Assembly: GCA_023231475.1 (NCBI GenBank)
Contig: JALJEE010002602.1
Coordinates: 1 to 64,000, forward strand
Direction of reading: 5' to 3'
Source of the DNA: Seison nebaliae
Lineage: Eukaryota
DNA: 64,000 nucleotides
Part shown: positions 13,101-27,304 of the stretch, piece by piece
Position numbering within the stretch: the stretch's first letter is position 1
Layout: every line of letters starts with the position of its first letter
Program-made: the position numbers and the translations under genes
The notes under the pieces: generated by a model
Databases searched by the model: none
What the model was told of the DNA's origin: nothing
Seen by the model: only the letters and a program-made list of their open reading frames with translations

Positions 13101-13965
13101 AACGAAAAATAATGATGAGAACAGTAAAACGATGGATAAACAAACAATTAATCAATTCGAAGAGAACAAGAAGATGAGTGGAAAGAAATTTAATTTACCA
13201 GAAGTCGTTAGAAGACGAAAGAGCAAAAAGAAGAAATTAAAACGAAGAAAACATTCAGGTACTGCCGAAAGTATTTTAAGTACTGCAACTTTTGATGGAT
13301 TGATCAGTAATTTGACAGCTGCCACAGCCAATACCGATTTAACAAGTACATTAAGTCGTCCTCCGGGTCCAGCGACATTCGAGGATTTGATGAAGATGTA
13401 TGATCAATTGAAAATCATCGAGAAACAAATGGAACAGGCATTCAAGTTACGAGAACAAATCAATTCAAAAATTAAAGAAGAACGTGAAAAATTAAAAAAG
13501 AAATATATTCAACGTCATCAGAAATTACAAGGTGGTTCCATCCGCTCACAATTAAGTGAGAAGAAATTCAATAGTCTCATTGAGAATATCGATTTTAGAA
13601 AATTGGAAGAAAAATCTAAAATCGTTCAACATTATCGTTCTCTTCCTATCATGAATGATGACACGATTGAATTAATGCAGAAACAATATACACAATATCT
13701 TCAGATTTATAATCAACTTTTCATTAACATCAACATGCAACAACAAGAACAACAGAAGCAACAACAAATTTTGATGCAACAACCGGAAATGGCAAATTCA
13801 GTTATTCAATCGTCAATTTACGGATATAAACCGAAATTACAATTAGAAAATAATAACAGTGAGAAGAACCCATTAGTTAATCAACAACCGTTATTGGGCA
13901 TTGGCGGTGCACTGGGACAAATGTCCCGAGAACGACCGAACTCGAAATCATCTGACGATTCTTAG
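10150..13965 (+). CDS. 1271-aa single-exon N/Q/P/S-rich low-complexity protein with a C-terminal coiled-coil-like region
   Basis: Uninterrupted 3.8-kb ORF in very AT-rich DNA, with a basic NLS-like stretch (RRRKSKKKKLKRRK). No family recognised. Confidence 0.8.
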   Translation: MDRKRMMIKRQRHLPPLPPAIHRLSDDGIGRSNNVLKRMLTPKLMTPMSSNVDSLHNFSTTKPITTSTTDYPLITSHYLFNMNESENLNNNNNNCNKMSSMNIFGNRRRNLKNEPATRFRTLSPAMLIKPPTDQSRHRHVQQQHQQQPLNDNENNDIGEKYKEHHTNQPMTSFLNRSLLIGENKIFDNSFNGNRSLTSVQLVNHRDQNIKHHQIFTPHHSSNVTKERKHRSISRQRNSTNPPTKNTTVIYNNDNSSETPNNVKNKSSLFPLTYRQRHFLPAHQIFHTSSSYLQASTTTPTITTPINNPNNINNINPHSNKDGRILMNDNDIFILSSDNILPNSSLPPLAPTLTKSTLSTHRPTFFPSVIPPLHANNLPTPSLPNNPNTININNNQNMNPYPLAINNQFNTLRSPLFQNIDGQNVVYRNPNNRLSTVIDHRYSMINPFQLQQPQQLPPQIVPIQQQPQPLMQTTRRNTPTAFPLQQPPIVQPNYSGYRERSTNRATSHHRSVSRPVMRPPSIHQRNILKSFYAPATSNLGGNLDDFSKLQFLGRGIMSNSSLQYYDTNNFQYSTMYQNAFQPSYQNNNFRYPQFEVEQTSYQPLKTANRFSSQNSHQLNFNSSKHVKKSSKPLNGTQPIKANNLSNLTKSRTSIDANNYGNDKQPLGDIPNKFDSQPNNTFFHRAEQNFSDTMSIVSNSQQQPVKRRQRKQQHSIHHRNHQNRNNHLSQKEKSIYSMNNKSKLMEYDDDQFESIDNEKRKSRRLKKLTEKRSKISLRLPEYFKVKDTEFLYDNYSFAYRDALYGGRFTDAVLKDHMKLDEEDKKKLFIHFSQDDMIHPKSETIMESQSIPIPPLGQSIFIPASQQLPPAPSSTNNGAQLLSSNRLSKKGSMHRPINRSPSTNLYRHSRRASNVDRQSMDNRLINTSQSVILNGQISPAIVDERKSLYPLYSRPTSHCRSSFKENGMDNQTNRYSVLYDTATDLTLTKNNDENSKTMDKQTINQFEENKKMSGKKFNLPEVVRRRKSKKKKLKRRKHSGTAESILSTATFDGLISNLTAATANTDLTSTLSRPPGPATFEDLMKMYDQLKIIEKQMEQAFKLREQINSKIKEEREKLKKKYIQRHQKLQGGSIRSQLSEKKFNSLIENIDFRKLEEKSKIVQHYRSLPIMNDDTIELMQKQYTQYLQIYNQLFININMQQQEQQKQQQILMQQPEMANSVIQSSIYGYKPKLQLENNNSEKNPLVNQQPLLGIGGALGQMSRERPNSKSSDDS

Positions 13966-15647
13966 AATACAAAAAGAAATATTAAGTATTTGTAAGAAGA
14001 AGTTTTTTTTTAAGTTTTTTTTATTTCTTATCTTATAAATCTATTTTCCTCATAACAAAATATTTTCATCTTCAGCATCATTTTCTGTTCAGATAGAAAC
14101 TTTCAGGAAAAATAATTTTCATTTTTTTTTTGTTATCTCATTTAATTTTCGTTATACTTCTTTTGATATATTCTCTTTCTTTTTCATTCGCATCTTCGTG
14201 AAGATGCGAATAATGAACATATCAAATATTATTTCATTTTAATTCCATTTCTATCTATAAATATTTTGTAGAGGAAAAATAAATAAAGGAAATTCTTAAT
14301 TTTGTTTGACTTTCCAAAATCAAGTTAAACCTGAACAAAATGAGGACAAGTGAATATTTGTACATAAATCCTACAGTTGTCTATTTTTCAATGAAGTTCA
14401 ACTTTGCCAGTGAGTGGGTTTCCGTCGATTGTGTTGATTGGGATGAGTAAGAGATTAGCCTTAATAATGAGAAGTAATCGAAAGTTAAATGAAAAGAAAT
14501 TTGAAGATAATACAAAAATAATTATGTTCAACTCACTAAGGTACATCAATTCCTTTTTTGTTTCCAAGTCCATCAATTTCTGGAAGAGAATAATTTTTTC
14601 ATTCGTCATTTCTCCACTTACGATTCATTCATTCGCTTCATCTCATTAATAATGAAGTAAGCACCAAAGTGAAGAAGTTTTCCGATGAATACTTTGATTG
14701 GGGGAGGAGAATCGATGAAAGAAATAGAATGTAGAAGTTGATAACGACTAGTGCTTCTTCTATTGACAAATCGAATTTTAATCGAGATTTCAACGAATCG
14801 ACAAATTTACTTGATTTCTCGCCTTACAATTAAGATGAATAACGATAACAATGGAGAAGTGTGGGCAGGTAGAGAAAAGGCATTTGACGTGAATATGTAA
14901 GATTTAACGATGTTTGCTCAAAATGTTTTGATACCTCACTACGATGCCTCATTAATAAGTCAGACATTTTCCCCCCCATTTTATTGATCATGTTCTCGCT
15001 GAAATAAGTAAGAAGATTATTGAAACAACAAATATCGTTAAATTTCCGTCTTTCATTCTTATTCATTTCCGTCACTCATTCAATGAATTGAATTTTCAAT
15101 AATTTCTCATTCGTCATTGACATCTAAATAGAATGGAAAGGAAAATTCTTTCCATCAAAACGGTTCTCCTCAATTTTTATGAGTTTATTGCATGATTATA
15201 GTTCAATATAATTATAATACATTATTCGATAATTAAACGTTTTAGTATTTGAAAAATAAGTTTCTTTCCATTCTGGAAGAATGCTTATATTTATCAGTTT
15301 TTCTACTCTGCAATTCAATATGATGAAATTTGTAAGAAATATGATTAATTATCGTTAACGATCCGTGAAGAGAAACTAAGCAAATTTGTTATCTATCTTC
15401 CCTGCTAAATTATTCATGTTCTAACAAATTAAAAATATTTCGATTATAATTTCGAGAAAAAACACAACATTTTAATAATCTTTCACCAATCGTTACGTCG
15501 TAGTCACACGTCCTCCCTCTATTTACCAATTGGTTTTCATGTCATTTTATTACGCCACAATATACCGAGAAGACTAATATTCCTAAATCTCTTATTTATT
15601 TCCTTCTAACTATTTGCACAGATCGTTTCTATCATATTTCGAATAGG

Positions 15648-16003
15648 ATGGTTCTTCTTAAAATTAATAGTTCATTATTATGTTTAGTTCTTTCACTCAT
15701 CATGGTTAGGATATTCTTATTCTAATTTCGAGATCTTAATATCTTTCCCTTTATATACAGTTTACTCTGTTAGTTTCAATGGACTGTGCAGAAGTTGAAG
15801 TGGAAGAACCTCTCGACGGTAAATTGGAATCGATCTTGAAAAATTTCCGTTATAAACAACGTTATCCGATGAAACCCGTAATGAATCCTTTGGCATCCGA
15901 CAATGGTGGTCAACAAAATTTCAATAGTCTATTGGAGTTATTGTTCGGACAGAAGAGTGAAACAACACCAAGTAAGAAATCAATATTAGAATGGAGATTC
16001 TAA
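15648..16003 (+). CDS. Small secreted protein, candidate neuropeptide precursor (exons 15648-15704, 15761-16003; 99 aa)
   Basis: A 56-nt GTTAGG..CAG intron joins the hydrophobic leader MVLLKINSSLLCLVLSLIM-FTLLVSMDC in frame to the 15779 ORF, which ends KK-SILEWRF-stop. Confidence 0.65.
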
Positions 16004-16926
16004 CGCAGTTGGATGACTGGACCAGAATGAATGACACCAAATTATTTAGTCAACGTTTCAGTATGACATTTTATTAAAAAACAAAACAACAAAAAATATT
16101 TTTCAATAATTTTTTTTAAATTGAATAAATTATAGATTTTAAACTCTCTTTTTTCATTTTGCATTAATTATCCAATTTTCAATTAACGAATCGAATGTTT
16201 TTTCCTTTACTCCTTCAATATAATTCATTAATTTTTCCCAAACAAATACAGTATAACTGGACACCTCATGGTTCAATGGTTTTTCATGCGTTTGAACAAT
16301 GTTTATTAAATTAATTAATTTAATACAATTTCTCAAGTAGGACTATTTTAATCCCTGAAATTATCTATTATTCGAAAAAAGATATTAACAAATGAAGAAG
16401 AACTAATACGATACAAATGGATAGGGAAAATGAGAATTTTTCTTATTTTTCTATCTCTCTTATTACAAACATTTTTCATTAAACTAAACTTAAACATCAA
16501 TTACTTTCTTCCCTTTTGAAGAAAAGAACATAAATAATTATGGGGAACATTTTCCATTTATCTACTATATAACCTGGAGCATTTAATTGAAAATTGATCT
16601 AAAATCTATCTAACTCAAATATGATTATATAAATTCTCAACAAAATTGGAAGTTAGTGGTTTTGTTATTTAATGTTGATAATTTAACGATTGGTAAGTTT
16701 CTTATTTCTAGTTATCTAGTTAATAATCGAAAAATCAAAATTATTAGTTTGAATCAAATATATGTTGAGTAATAGAATCAATATTGGGAATTGAATAGGC
16801 ACTAACTTATAGCGGCTGCTAAGGAGCTTATAAAACAATGAGAATCATTTTTAAAACTTTTAATATTGAACGATGTAAATTTGAAAAATTTGATTGAAAA
16901 TAATGGCCATGGAATGAAAAGTAATA

Positions 16927-18273
16927 ATGAAGTTGTTTTATAATTCATTAATTCGACATGTGGTTCGACTAAAAGTAACAAATACCCAAAGGAAAAAATT
17001 ACCTCATCAAGCAAAAGAGTCAGAAAAATGGATAAGTGCTAAAAATAAGTCTTTCTTCCATTTCATATCTTTCCATTATTCAAATGTTCCCCATCTATCA
17101 GTGAGAACAGTCGAACTTTCCCAAAGCACTTCGTTGGAGGTAGTGCCGTCGCTGAGAAGACTGAGGAATTTCGAAATCGACGACCAGTTGATGAAGTTTG
17201 GTGTGCTGTCGATTATCCTCCACAAGTTCAATTTTCTATTAAATTTTCTTATTCCCTTTGTCATGTATGTAGCCGTTAGAAATCAAGACTGCTATCAATT
17301 ATTTACGAGATTTGGCTCATCCTCAATTCTTTAATTATCCGTCGGCATTCCTTCAAATGAATTGTCAATTAAATTTTAAAACTAAAAAAAAAGTTTCATA
17401 TTTATTTATTCCCATCAATTTTATTTTGCTATTTGTAAAAGACATCAAATTTGAATAGTGTTAATGGATTAGTCCTGCTACCGAACAAGCCTCAAAACAA
17501 TTCGTATTTCGAACAAAAAAACAATATTATTGCAATTGTACAAGTTCAGATTGTTTATGATTCAAAGTCAAGAATCTAATTATGTAATTTATGTAGGCAG
17601 AACATGATATAAAAGAAGCTTATGATAATGGAGCGTTCATTGCGGGATACAATGAAATAATAGAGAAAGTTATTTTCATTTTTTCTTAATGTTTTTCACT
17701 TTTCTTCTAAGTTTAAAAAAAATGAATTGTCAACTAACGAATATGATTATATAATAGCCACTCCAGAAACATTTCAATCGTTGTCGAAAATAAGAAAACA
17801 TGTCGATGGAACTAAGTATCCGAATGCGAAAAAAGGTTTCTCTTACTGAATTATATTCTTAAAATAATCTCTCGTCTCTCTCTCCAAATTAAAGGAACAC
17901 TGACAGTTGACGTCGGCACACAAGTAAATTTTCATACACATGCCACAAGTTATCGAAGTGTAAAATTAAATGACGTCGAAGGACAACTCGAAATGATTGT
18001 AGGCGATGTTTAGTAATATCTTTTTCGTGAACTGTCTCTCTTTATTTCCATCAGTTGACACAAACCAATGACGAATTGACGGAGAATATTGAACATCTCT
18101 CTAAACTATTATTGGAACAGAAAAGTGACTTAGACAGCCAATTGGAAGGAGTGCTCTTGTCAAATGTTACGATTAATCTGTTGCCAACAGTTGAATGTAA
18201 ATATCGATTATCGATCGATCATCTCATTCCTCCAGGCAAGTTGCGGAATACGAATGAGGAAGAAGATGTCTAA
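16927..18273 (+). CDS. MRPL1: Mitochondrial ribosomal protein L1 (exons 16927-17048, 17102-17225, 17273-17392, 17442-17543, 17597-17668, 17712-17835, 17895-18007, 18055-18273)
   Basis: The spliced product has PVDEVW, LAHPQFFN, VNGLVLLPN, EAYDNGAFIAG, YDYIIATPE and YPNAKKGTL, matching uL1m motifs, and a basic N-terminus resembling a presequence. Seven introns are phase-consistent. Confidence 0.85.
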
Positions 18274-18980
18274 ATTTTAACCAAAATTTTTCTCATTATC
18301 CGATTACGATAGAAATAAATAAAATTTGTAATTTCAATTCGTCCATTTTTCCCCTGTCTCCTTAATGTAACTAATTGATGATTCAGATTGACATAAATAT
18401 GTTCGTTGAAATTGAAGGACATAGACGAGAATATATGTCGTAATATTCATAAATATAAATTTATGTACGAATTGCAAAAAATAGAAATGAAGAGGAATGG
18501 TGACAGCTTACACTTTAGAGATTCGAATTCCAATTACTTAATAATGGTCCTATTGAAAATTGAAGAAATAGAAAAAGAAAATGTTGAAAAAACTGTTAGT
18601 CCAAAAAATCAATAGTCGTACGAATGCATGAAGAACGATAAGACGCCCACTCGATTTCGAATATATATATATATATATGTATATTCCATTGAAATATTTT
18701 AATTTGCACTTATTCTTCGTTATCGTCTTTGACAATAAATATGTTTTTCTACATTTTCTCAGCGAAGCTTGCTACTTTCCCATCAAAATTTCATGAAATT
18801 TATTTGTAGTTAACTTCTCATTTTTTTTCAGTCATTCTTTCACTGCTAGAGTTATTTAAGAAAGAGGAGGTATTAAACAAATTTCATTTTAATTCTACAT
18901 CTCTAACATAACCTAACAAGAATAAGTGTGTAGAAGGGGGGGTAGGAAAATAATTTGGAATTGACGTTCAAAATAAAAGA

Positions 18981-20795
<1,815 letters not shown>

Positions 20796-21559
20796 ATGAA
20801 GGGTAAATATTGAGAATGAATTGATTTAGTCAAAGACATTCATTCCATTCATAAGACAAAGTATATTTGTTTGAGAAGGAAAAGATATTTTCTATTTTAT
20901 GATTTTTCGTGTTATTCTTCATTTGCTATTCAACTTATTTCCACCATCAATCCATCAACAATTAATTCCACATTTCAACAGAATGAATTCATTTCTCTCC
21001 TTAGCTATCTCACTCATGACGAGTGGGAGATTGGATGGCGAGAGATAAACTGAATTTTCTAAAATTTAATTTATTAATTTTTTACTTTGAATTCTTTTCA
21101 TTTCTCCACCGAAAATATCCGATTTGAAAATACTAATTCTCATCTTTCACTTTCTTCTTTCGACACCGTTTGAACAGAAATAACAATCGATTAATTATCA
21201 TTAATTAATTATCAACTAAATTAAAAGTTGAAGAGTTTCTTATGAGAATGATGTGTGTGTATACTTTACTTTTTTTTAAAATGTAAAACAAGAATACTTT
21301 ATTTCGTTGGGAAAGGAAAAAGAAACACTAGATAATCAGATGGTAACAAGAATAAATGATGTGACTGATGGTAGTAATATTATGATCTACGTACGAGATA
21401 ATCAAATTGGAAAAATGTATTTAGTGAGAACTGATCTAATGACTAGAATGGATGAAGTGGTTCGAAGATGATAAACTTATAAAATAATTTCTAAATAATT
21501 GAAATTTGACAAAATGATATTTTTGTTAATCATGTACGAATATTGGTGAATCGATCCGA

Positions 21560-22855
21560 TTAGAATAGATTCTGGATATCTGTTTGTTGTTGATTCATCG
21601 ATGACATTTGTTGTTGCATTTGGGGTTGTGCTACCGGTTGTTGTTGAGTATGTTGTAATTGTTGAGGATTATATGCAACATTTTGGTTGGGATTTTGTGT
21701 TTGCGGTTGCTGCTGTAATTGTTGTTGTTGATGTTGTTGGCCATCTGATTGGTTGTAATATTGGTTTGATTGTTCGTTCATCTGTTGTGATATTGGTTGT
21801 TGTTGTAGCTGTTGTTGTTGTTGTTGTTGTTGGGGAACCACAGAAGAATTATAAGGAGTCGTTTGATAATTACTGACAGGACGATTCATGTTAAGAACAC
21901 CATGTTGTTGATTATCCATAGCTGTTGGAATTGGAGCTGGTACACCACTATACGTTTGTGTGGGATCTTCATAACCTGATTGCATATTATACATTGCTTG
22001 GGCGCCTTGTTTGTAGGAGAAGAACGCAAGGGTAGTCAAACTCGTCTAAAACAAATGATAAATTTATCGAATCACCATAAAAAGAATTAGTTACCCAAGT
22101 TATGATAGAGAAGAAGATGAATGCGATGGCGGCTCGAAGATTGGAGAATCCTTTCCAAACTTTCGCGTCATATGATGTCTGTCTCCATGCTGTGACTAAA
22201 TAACAGAAGCCAATGAACCAGAGGAAAGCGAATAGAGCTAAAAAAGAAAGATGAATGTTAGAGAAAAATATTCAAGAGAATTCGAACCCGAAACAATAAG
22301 ATCCGCCAAAACTATTCGTCGTCGATGTTGAAGAGATGCAGTTCTTTCAAATTTGATGTCTAATATAATGAATACTATTAAATAAGATTAATTAAACGAT
22401 TTTAAGAGAATAAAGAAATTGAACAAGTGGATACAATGAATCCAAATACTCCAATTCCAATACCATATCGACAAGTATTCGCATCATTGTTATAGAGACA
22501 TTGGTTGTCAAAATATCCCTGAGAAGCGATACATCCAAAAATTATGATAGAAAAGATCTAATGAAAGTTGGATTAATATTCAAATGAAAGAATTTCTATA
22601 GTTATTAACCCATGAAATGATTCGTAGGATGACTTTGGGTTTCTTCAAAAATATCAAAATGTCAAATGGTCCCCCAACAGCCGGATTTCCATACATGCCT
22701 TGAGCGAATCCATTTGGTTGTCCGCCCATATCTTGCGGTTGAATGATTCCCATAAATGTTCCTTTCACCATACTGAGTACTCCGGCAATATGTTCCATAA
22801 CACCGGGCGTGGAGTTGGCGAAGGCGTTTTGATTATAATCACTACTGTACATCAT
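21560..22855 (-). CDS. SYNGR: Synaptogyrin (MARVEL domain) with a Gln-rich tail (exons 22855-22610, 22557-22425, 22374-22288, 22237-22095, 22045-21560)
   Basis: GGPFD..FLKKPKVILRIISWIFSIIIFGCI, CLYNNDANTCRYGIGIGV, FLWFIGFCYL..W and RAAIAFIFFSIITW are synaptogyrin motifs. Confidence 0.9.
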
Positions 22856-25727
22856 CGTCGTTCCAAATAGTTATAAATTATAAATTATCTTATAGTTCAC
22901 GTTCGTCGTATAGCCAAACGATTCAATTCATTTGAAATAACAATTTTGAAGATGATGCAAGAGAGGGATCTTCATAAAAATAAGAAAAGAAAGAAAAATT
23001 TTGCTTTAAAATTCTTAAATAAAATGATAATTCAGTCCATATTATTCGTTAGATATTGACTCAGATTTCTTCAGATTTTCTTCCGAACCAACATATACAG
23101 AAACAAGTCATGAGAATAGTAATTATGCTTCTATGTGATTGGAATTGATAGGTGAACAGGGTCAATGGAATTCCTATCCATTAATAATTCTAAAACTATC
23201 GAGTGACATCAAAGTTGATTGAATAATAATTATGTATTTAATGCAGAAGAGAGACTGTTTAACGGATTCATGAATGCATTCGTTTCATTCGGAAGAGAAG
23301 AACGGAATTGAACAAAACGAGAACTTGACTTGCAATTAAAAAATAATTCGGAATTGGACTAATAATATTAAGAATAACATTCCCACCACGAACGATTCGA
23401 TGGACCGGTTGGAATATTTTCTTCTTCCGAATTACTGTTCGAAAGCTGACTACTCTATTCTATGCTATTATGAATTATGAGGAGAATACATATCTTTATT
23501 AAAAGGGGGTAGGGTAATTGAACAATGTAATTTTTTCCCTTTGTGACCATATTGGAGGGAGTAGTAGTAAAAGAACGATAGTCATCATATACATAGGAAT
23601 ATATACCGGGAAAAGAAAATAATGAATTTTATGTGAGTATTACTAGAAATTAAATGTTCCTCCAATATTTTTGCTTCAATCGCTCTTTCGCTACCAAACT
23701 CTATTCCTTGTTGATATCTTTTCTTACGTTGTTTTATGAAATGTGCAACAACTATCGGCGACATAAACAGCTCCTTCTATGAATCTAAAGATTGTTATTC
23801 GTTCATTCTCGACCGGTACCATTCATATTTCCAACTAAATAAGTCTAACTAAATAATATGTCGATGGAATGACTACGTATCGAAAGTCGATATACGTAAC
23901 ATTTCGCTAAAGCAATAAGTTGTTCCTTGTATGACATTGACGTGGAAACGAATAAAATTGTCGAGGTGTCAAGATCTCTCTCACTTATGCATCTCCTAAG
24001 GACAAATGCTCATTAGATAACATTTCTTTTTCATTACTCCAATCCAATTTTACTTATCAAAACATTTATTATGAGAAAAGTTGTTTTAGATGAAGATGTT
24101 TATGTCAATCGGTCGCCATGTTCTTCCCAGTTTACGTTGTTCTCCTAATATTATTGGAAGATAATATATCTATATATTTGTATTGGAAAAAGAATTTTTA
24201 TTAACAATAATAATAGAAATTTGTCGCGCTAAAGAAATAAGGTCAACAATTACCAATGAATGAAAAGAAGAGAGAATGGAGCCGAAATGGAGAAATGAGA
24301 GATATTTCATTCTATATGCCAACCATCATTCATATACCTAATATTGATATGCATGAATTGGTTGTTAGCATTAATAGGAAAAAGTATGTTCTCAAGACAG
24401 TGCGCAACATGGAGTATGTAGAATGTAATACATCAATTTCCAATAGGGACAATTCCATCAGAACTCTACAAATATTTTTATTTAAGAGAAATATGAAGAT
24501 TTATTTTAAGTCAAAAGTATTTTTCCTTCAATATAAATGCACATTGTCATTTGCGCACACTCAGATTGCATAAATTAACTTCCTCAATATACGTATATAT
24601 CTCTCTCTCATATTTCATTACATGTATCCCAAATATGTAGTACTTAACCAATGTAGTCAAATGGAAATTCCTTAGTCTTCTGTTTAATCTACCATTTCAA
24701 CTTCCAACCATTCTCCTTCTCTTACTACTCGATGTATATGGACAACTCTTATTATTCTTTTAATTTATTTACTGATTTACTTATTTCCCAATTAATTAGA
24801 ATCTACAAAAGAATGGAATGCATAAAATTCGTGCACATAACATAGAAGTACCATCGTAGCGCTTCCACAATCGTATGGAAGTATGATGGGAATAATGTTC
24901 TTAATTATATTCTCGACAGTGCGATAAATAAAATTTTCTTCATTTCAACAATCCTCATGTTTTTCGGGGAAACTTTAGTACCAAAACTATTTCTCTATCC
25001 AAGTACTTTAGTTATCGATCCGCCATTTCCTATCAAACATCATTATTTACCGATATGACAATCTCAACGACTTATTCTGACTTCTTGCATAATGGATGTT
25101 GGTATGTCAACATTTATATAGATATATCGTCAAAGAAATTCTTTGCAATTCTTACTAAATTAAACATCCTTTTTATTACGTAACCATTAGTTTAAAATTA
25201 GTAAACAGATATTAAACTTACAATTAATCAATAATTTACTAATTTAGTCAGTCTTATCCCCATACGTATGTAATAACATGCATAAAAAGGAATATGCTTT
25301 TATCTTTAGTGATCTTAATTTATCTCTTTTCCATTGGCGATGATGGAAGAATTCTTGCTGGAAATAAACAAACATATATAATCTTTAATTTATAATATTG
25401 AATTATTCAGTATATTTACTATAAATTTGAATTGTCAATGGTCTATGGTAATTCCTTGCAGTACTTCCAATTAATGATGTGGAACATTTCGTAAAAATAG
25501 CAGTTAACTGCTTTATTTAAATTGGTTATTCAAATAGAAAATGAATGTTAAAAATTTTACTTCAACAAAAACATTTTAATCTAACTCGAATTACTAACGC
25601 ATAAAACAGATGACAATTACAAAATTTTTTTACCATAAATCTTTGATGGGAGCAAGAATTTTTAAAATAAAATTTTCTTATAACACATTTTTGGGAAAAT
25701 GTTCTTCTTACTTATTTCTTCTTAAAA

Positions 25728-26450
25728 CAGTGAGCGAAAAAATGATAGGACATATTACTTTTTTTTAATTTTCTCTTGATATGGGAATTCAATTTTTTTT
25801 CTCCTCAATTGAGGTAATAATATATTAATAAACAAATATTCTATAAGACTTATTGATTCAAAAAAATTTTAATTTAAAAAAAATTTAAGGTTTAAAGATT
25901 TTCACCCATGAAATAATGATAGGACATCGCCGAAAAATAGCTTAAAAACACGTTAAAATTAAAGTTCTATGTCTTAAGTCTAATATCACGTTTCAATCTA
26001 TATCTTATTTTCCTGAAAAATAATTTTCAACTACAACCGTTGTATTTCACCATGGGAAGATGCACAACGTTGACCGAGGTCGAGAAAGGCCAAATTGTCA
26101 TCCTGAACGAAGAAAAAAAACGATTTCATACATTTCTCAACGATTAAATCGATCTCGAAATGTTATATCATCATTTTTAAGGAATCCCGCAACGTATGGT
26201 AAGGTGAAAAGTCCTGGACGGCCTAAAGTTCTGGATTCCAGATTTTTACATATGTCCTATCCTTATTTCGCCCCTTAAAAATTAAAAAGCCTCTTTTTTT
26301 TTAAACCATAAACTTTTCAGTAACTTAAATTAATATGGAGTCCGAAAAAGACTGTATGCAGAGATTTATACCATAAAAATTTTCTTTCTATTTACTATGT
26401 TAAAAAAATCTAAAGAAAACATGAATGTCCTATCATTATTGCGTTGACTG
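25728..26450 (+). mobile_element. Non-autonomous Tc3-like (Tc1/mariner, IR/DR-type) deletion derivative, 723 bp
   Basis: Ends are CAGT... and ...ACTG|TA. The motif AATGATAGGACAT occurs at 25741 and 25915, with inverted copies at 26252 (1 mismatch) and 26425. From ATG 26052 it reads MGRCTTLTEVEKGQI..., frameshifts in an A8 run, then continues TISYISQRLNRSRNVISSFLRNPATYG...PGRPKVL, resembling the Tc3 N-terminal HTH. Confidence 0.9.
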
Positions 26451-27304
26451 TATAAGCCCAATATAATATTGAATAAATCAGATTTAATAAGGCAAATTAC
26501 ACAATTTATTACGACCAGTCACAGATAACAGAACGAATTGATAAAAGATCAACAGACATAAATTTATTATATTCGGTATTAGTGTCTAGTATAAGACCAT
26601 AATCATAAAACACTAAATTGGTAATTTGCGATTATTAGGTATTATTCTAATTGAAACATGCAAACTGAAGTATAGATTTCAACTGAAAAATGTGATTTTA
26701 AATATTAGTTATTAATACTATTAATGATTTTTTATCCATTCAACTTTTTAATCTAATAACTTGTGTTCGAACAACAAACTCAGACGAAGGTATCAATCTT
26801 TATTCACTTCATGACTTCCTAGATGAGAAGTTGGTCAATTTAAAAATGTTGTATTTTTAGGCAATGTTTATTTAATTAGAAATTCTAACTACGCTAATAT
26901 CACTAGTTCTAACTTAGAATTCCCTATTTTATTATAGCTAATAATCAAATGTTTACTTTGACTATGACATGACAACGAATTTTAGAAATAGAATGTAATA
27001 TTTATAAGTTTTCAAACTAAACAGAATAATTTATAAGATGAGTTTAAAGAAATCGAAAAATGTTTTATTGTGTTGCATTGAATTGGGTAGCCATCTACAA
27101 ACAAAGACAAGAATTCAATTGAAAATTATTATTATATATTATTAAACTAATTAAAGATAGATAATGTTTGAAAAAACTAACTTTATTAGGATAATTCAAT
27201 TTATCGATGGATGTCAGATCGTTGAGATTAGTTGAAATATCAACTTTTAAAGGATTATTTTCTAAATAGTTCGATTGATTGTCTAGATGAAAAGATGTTC
27301 AAAT

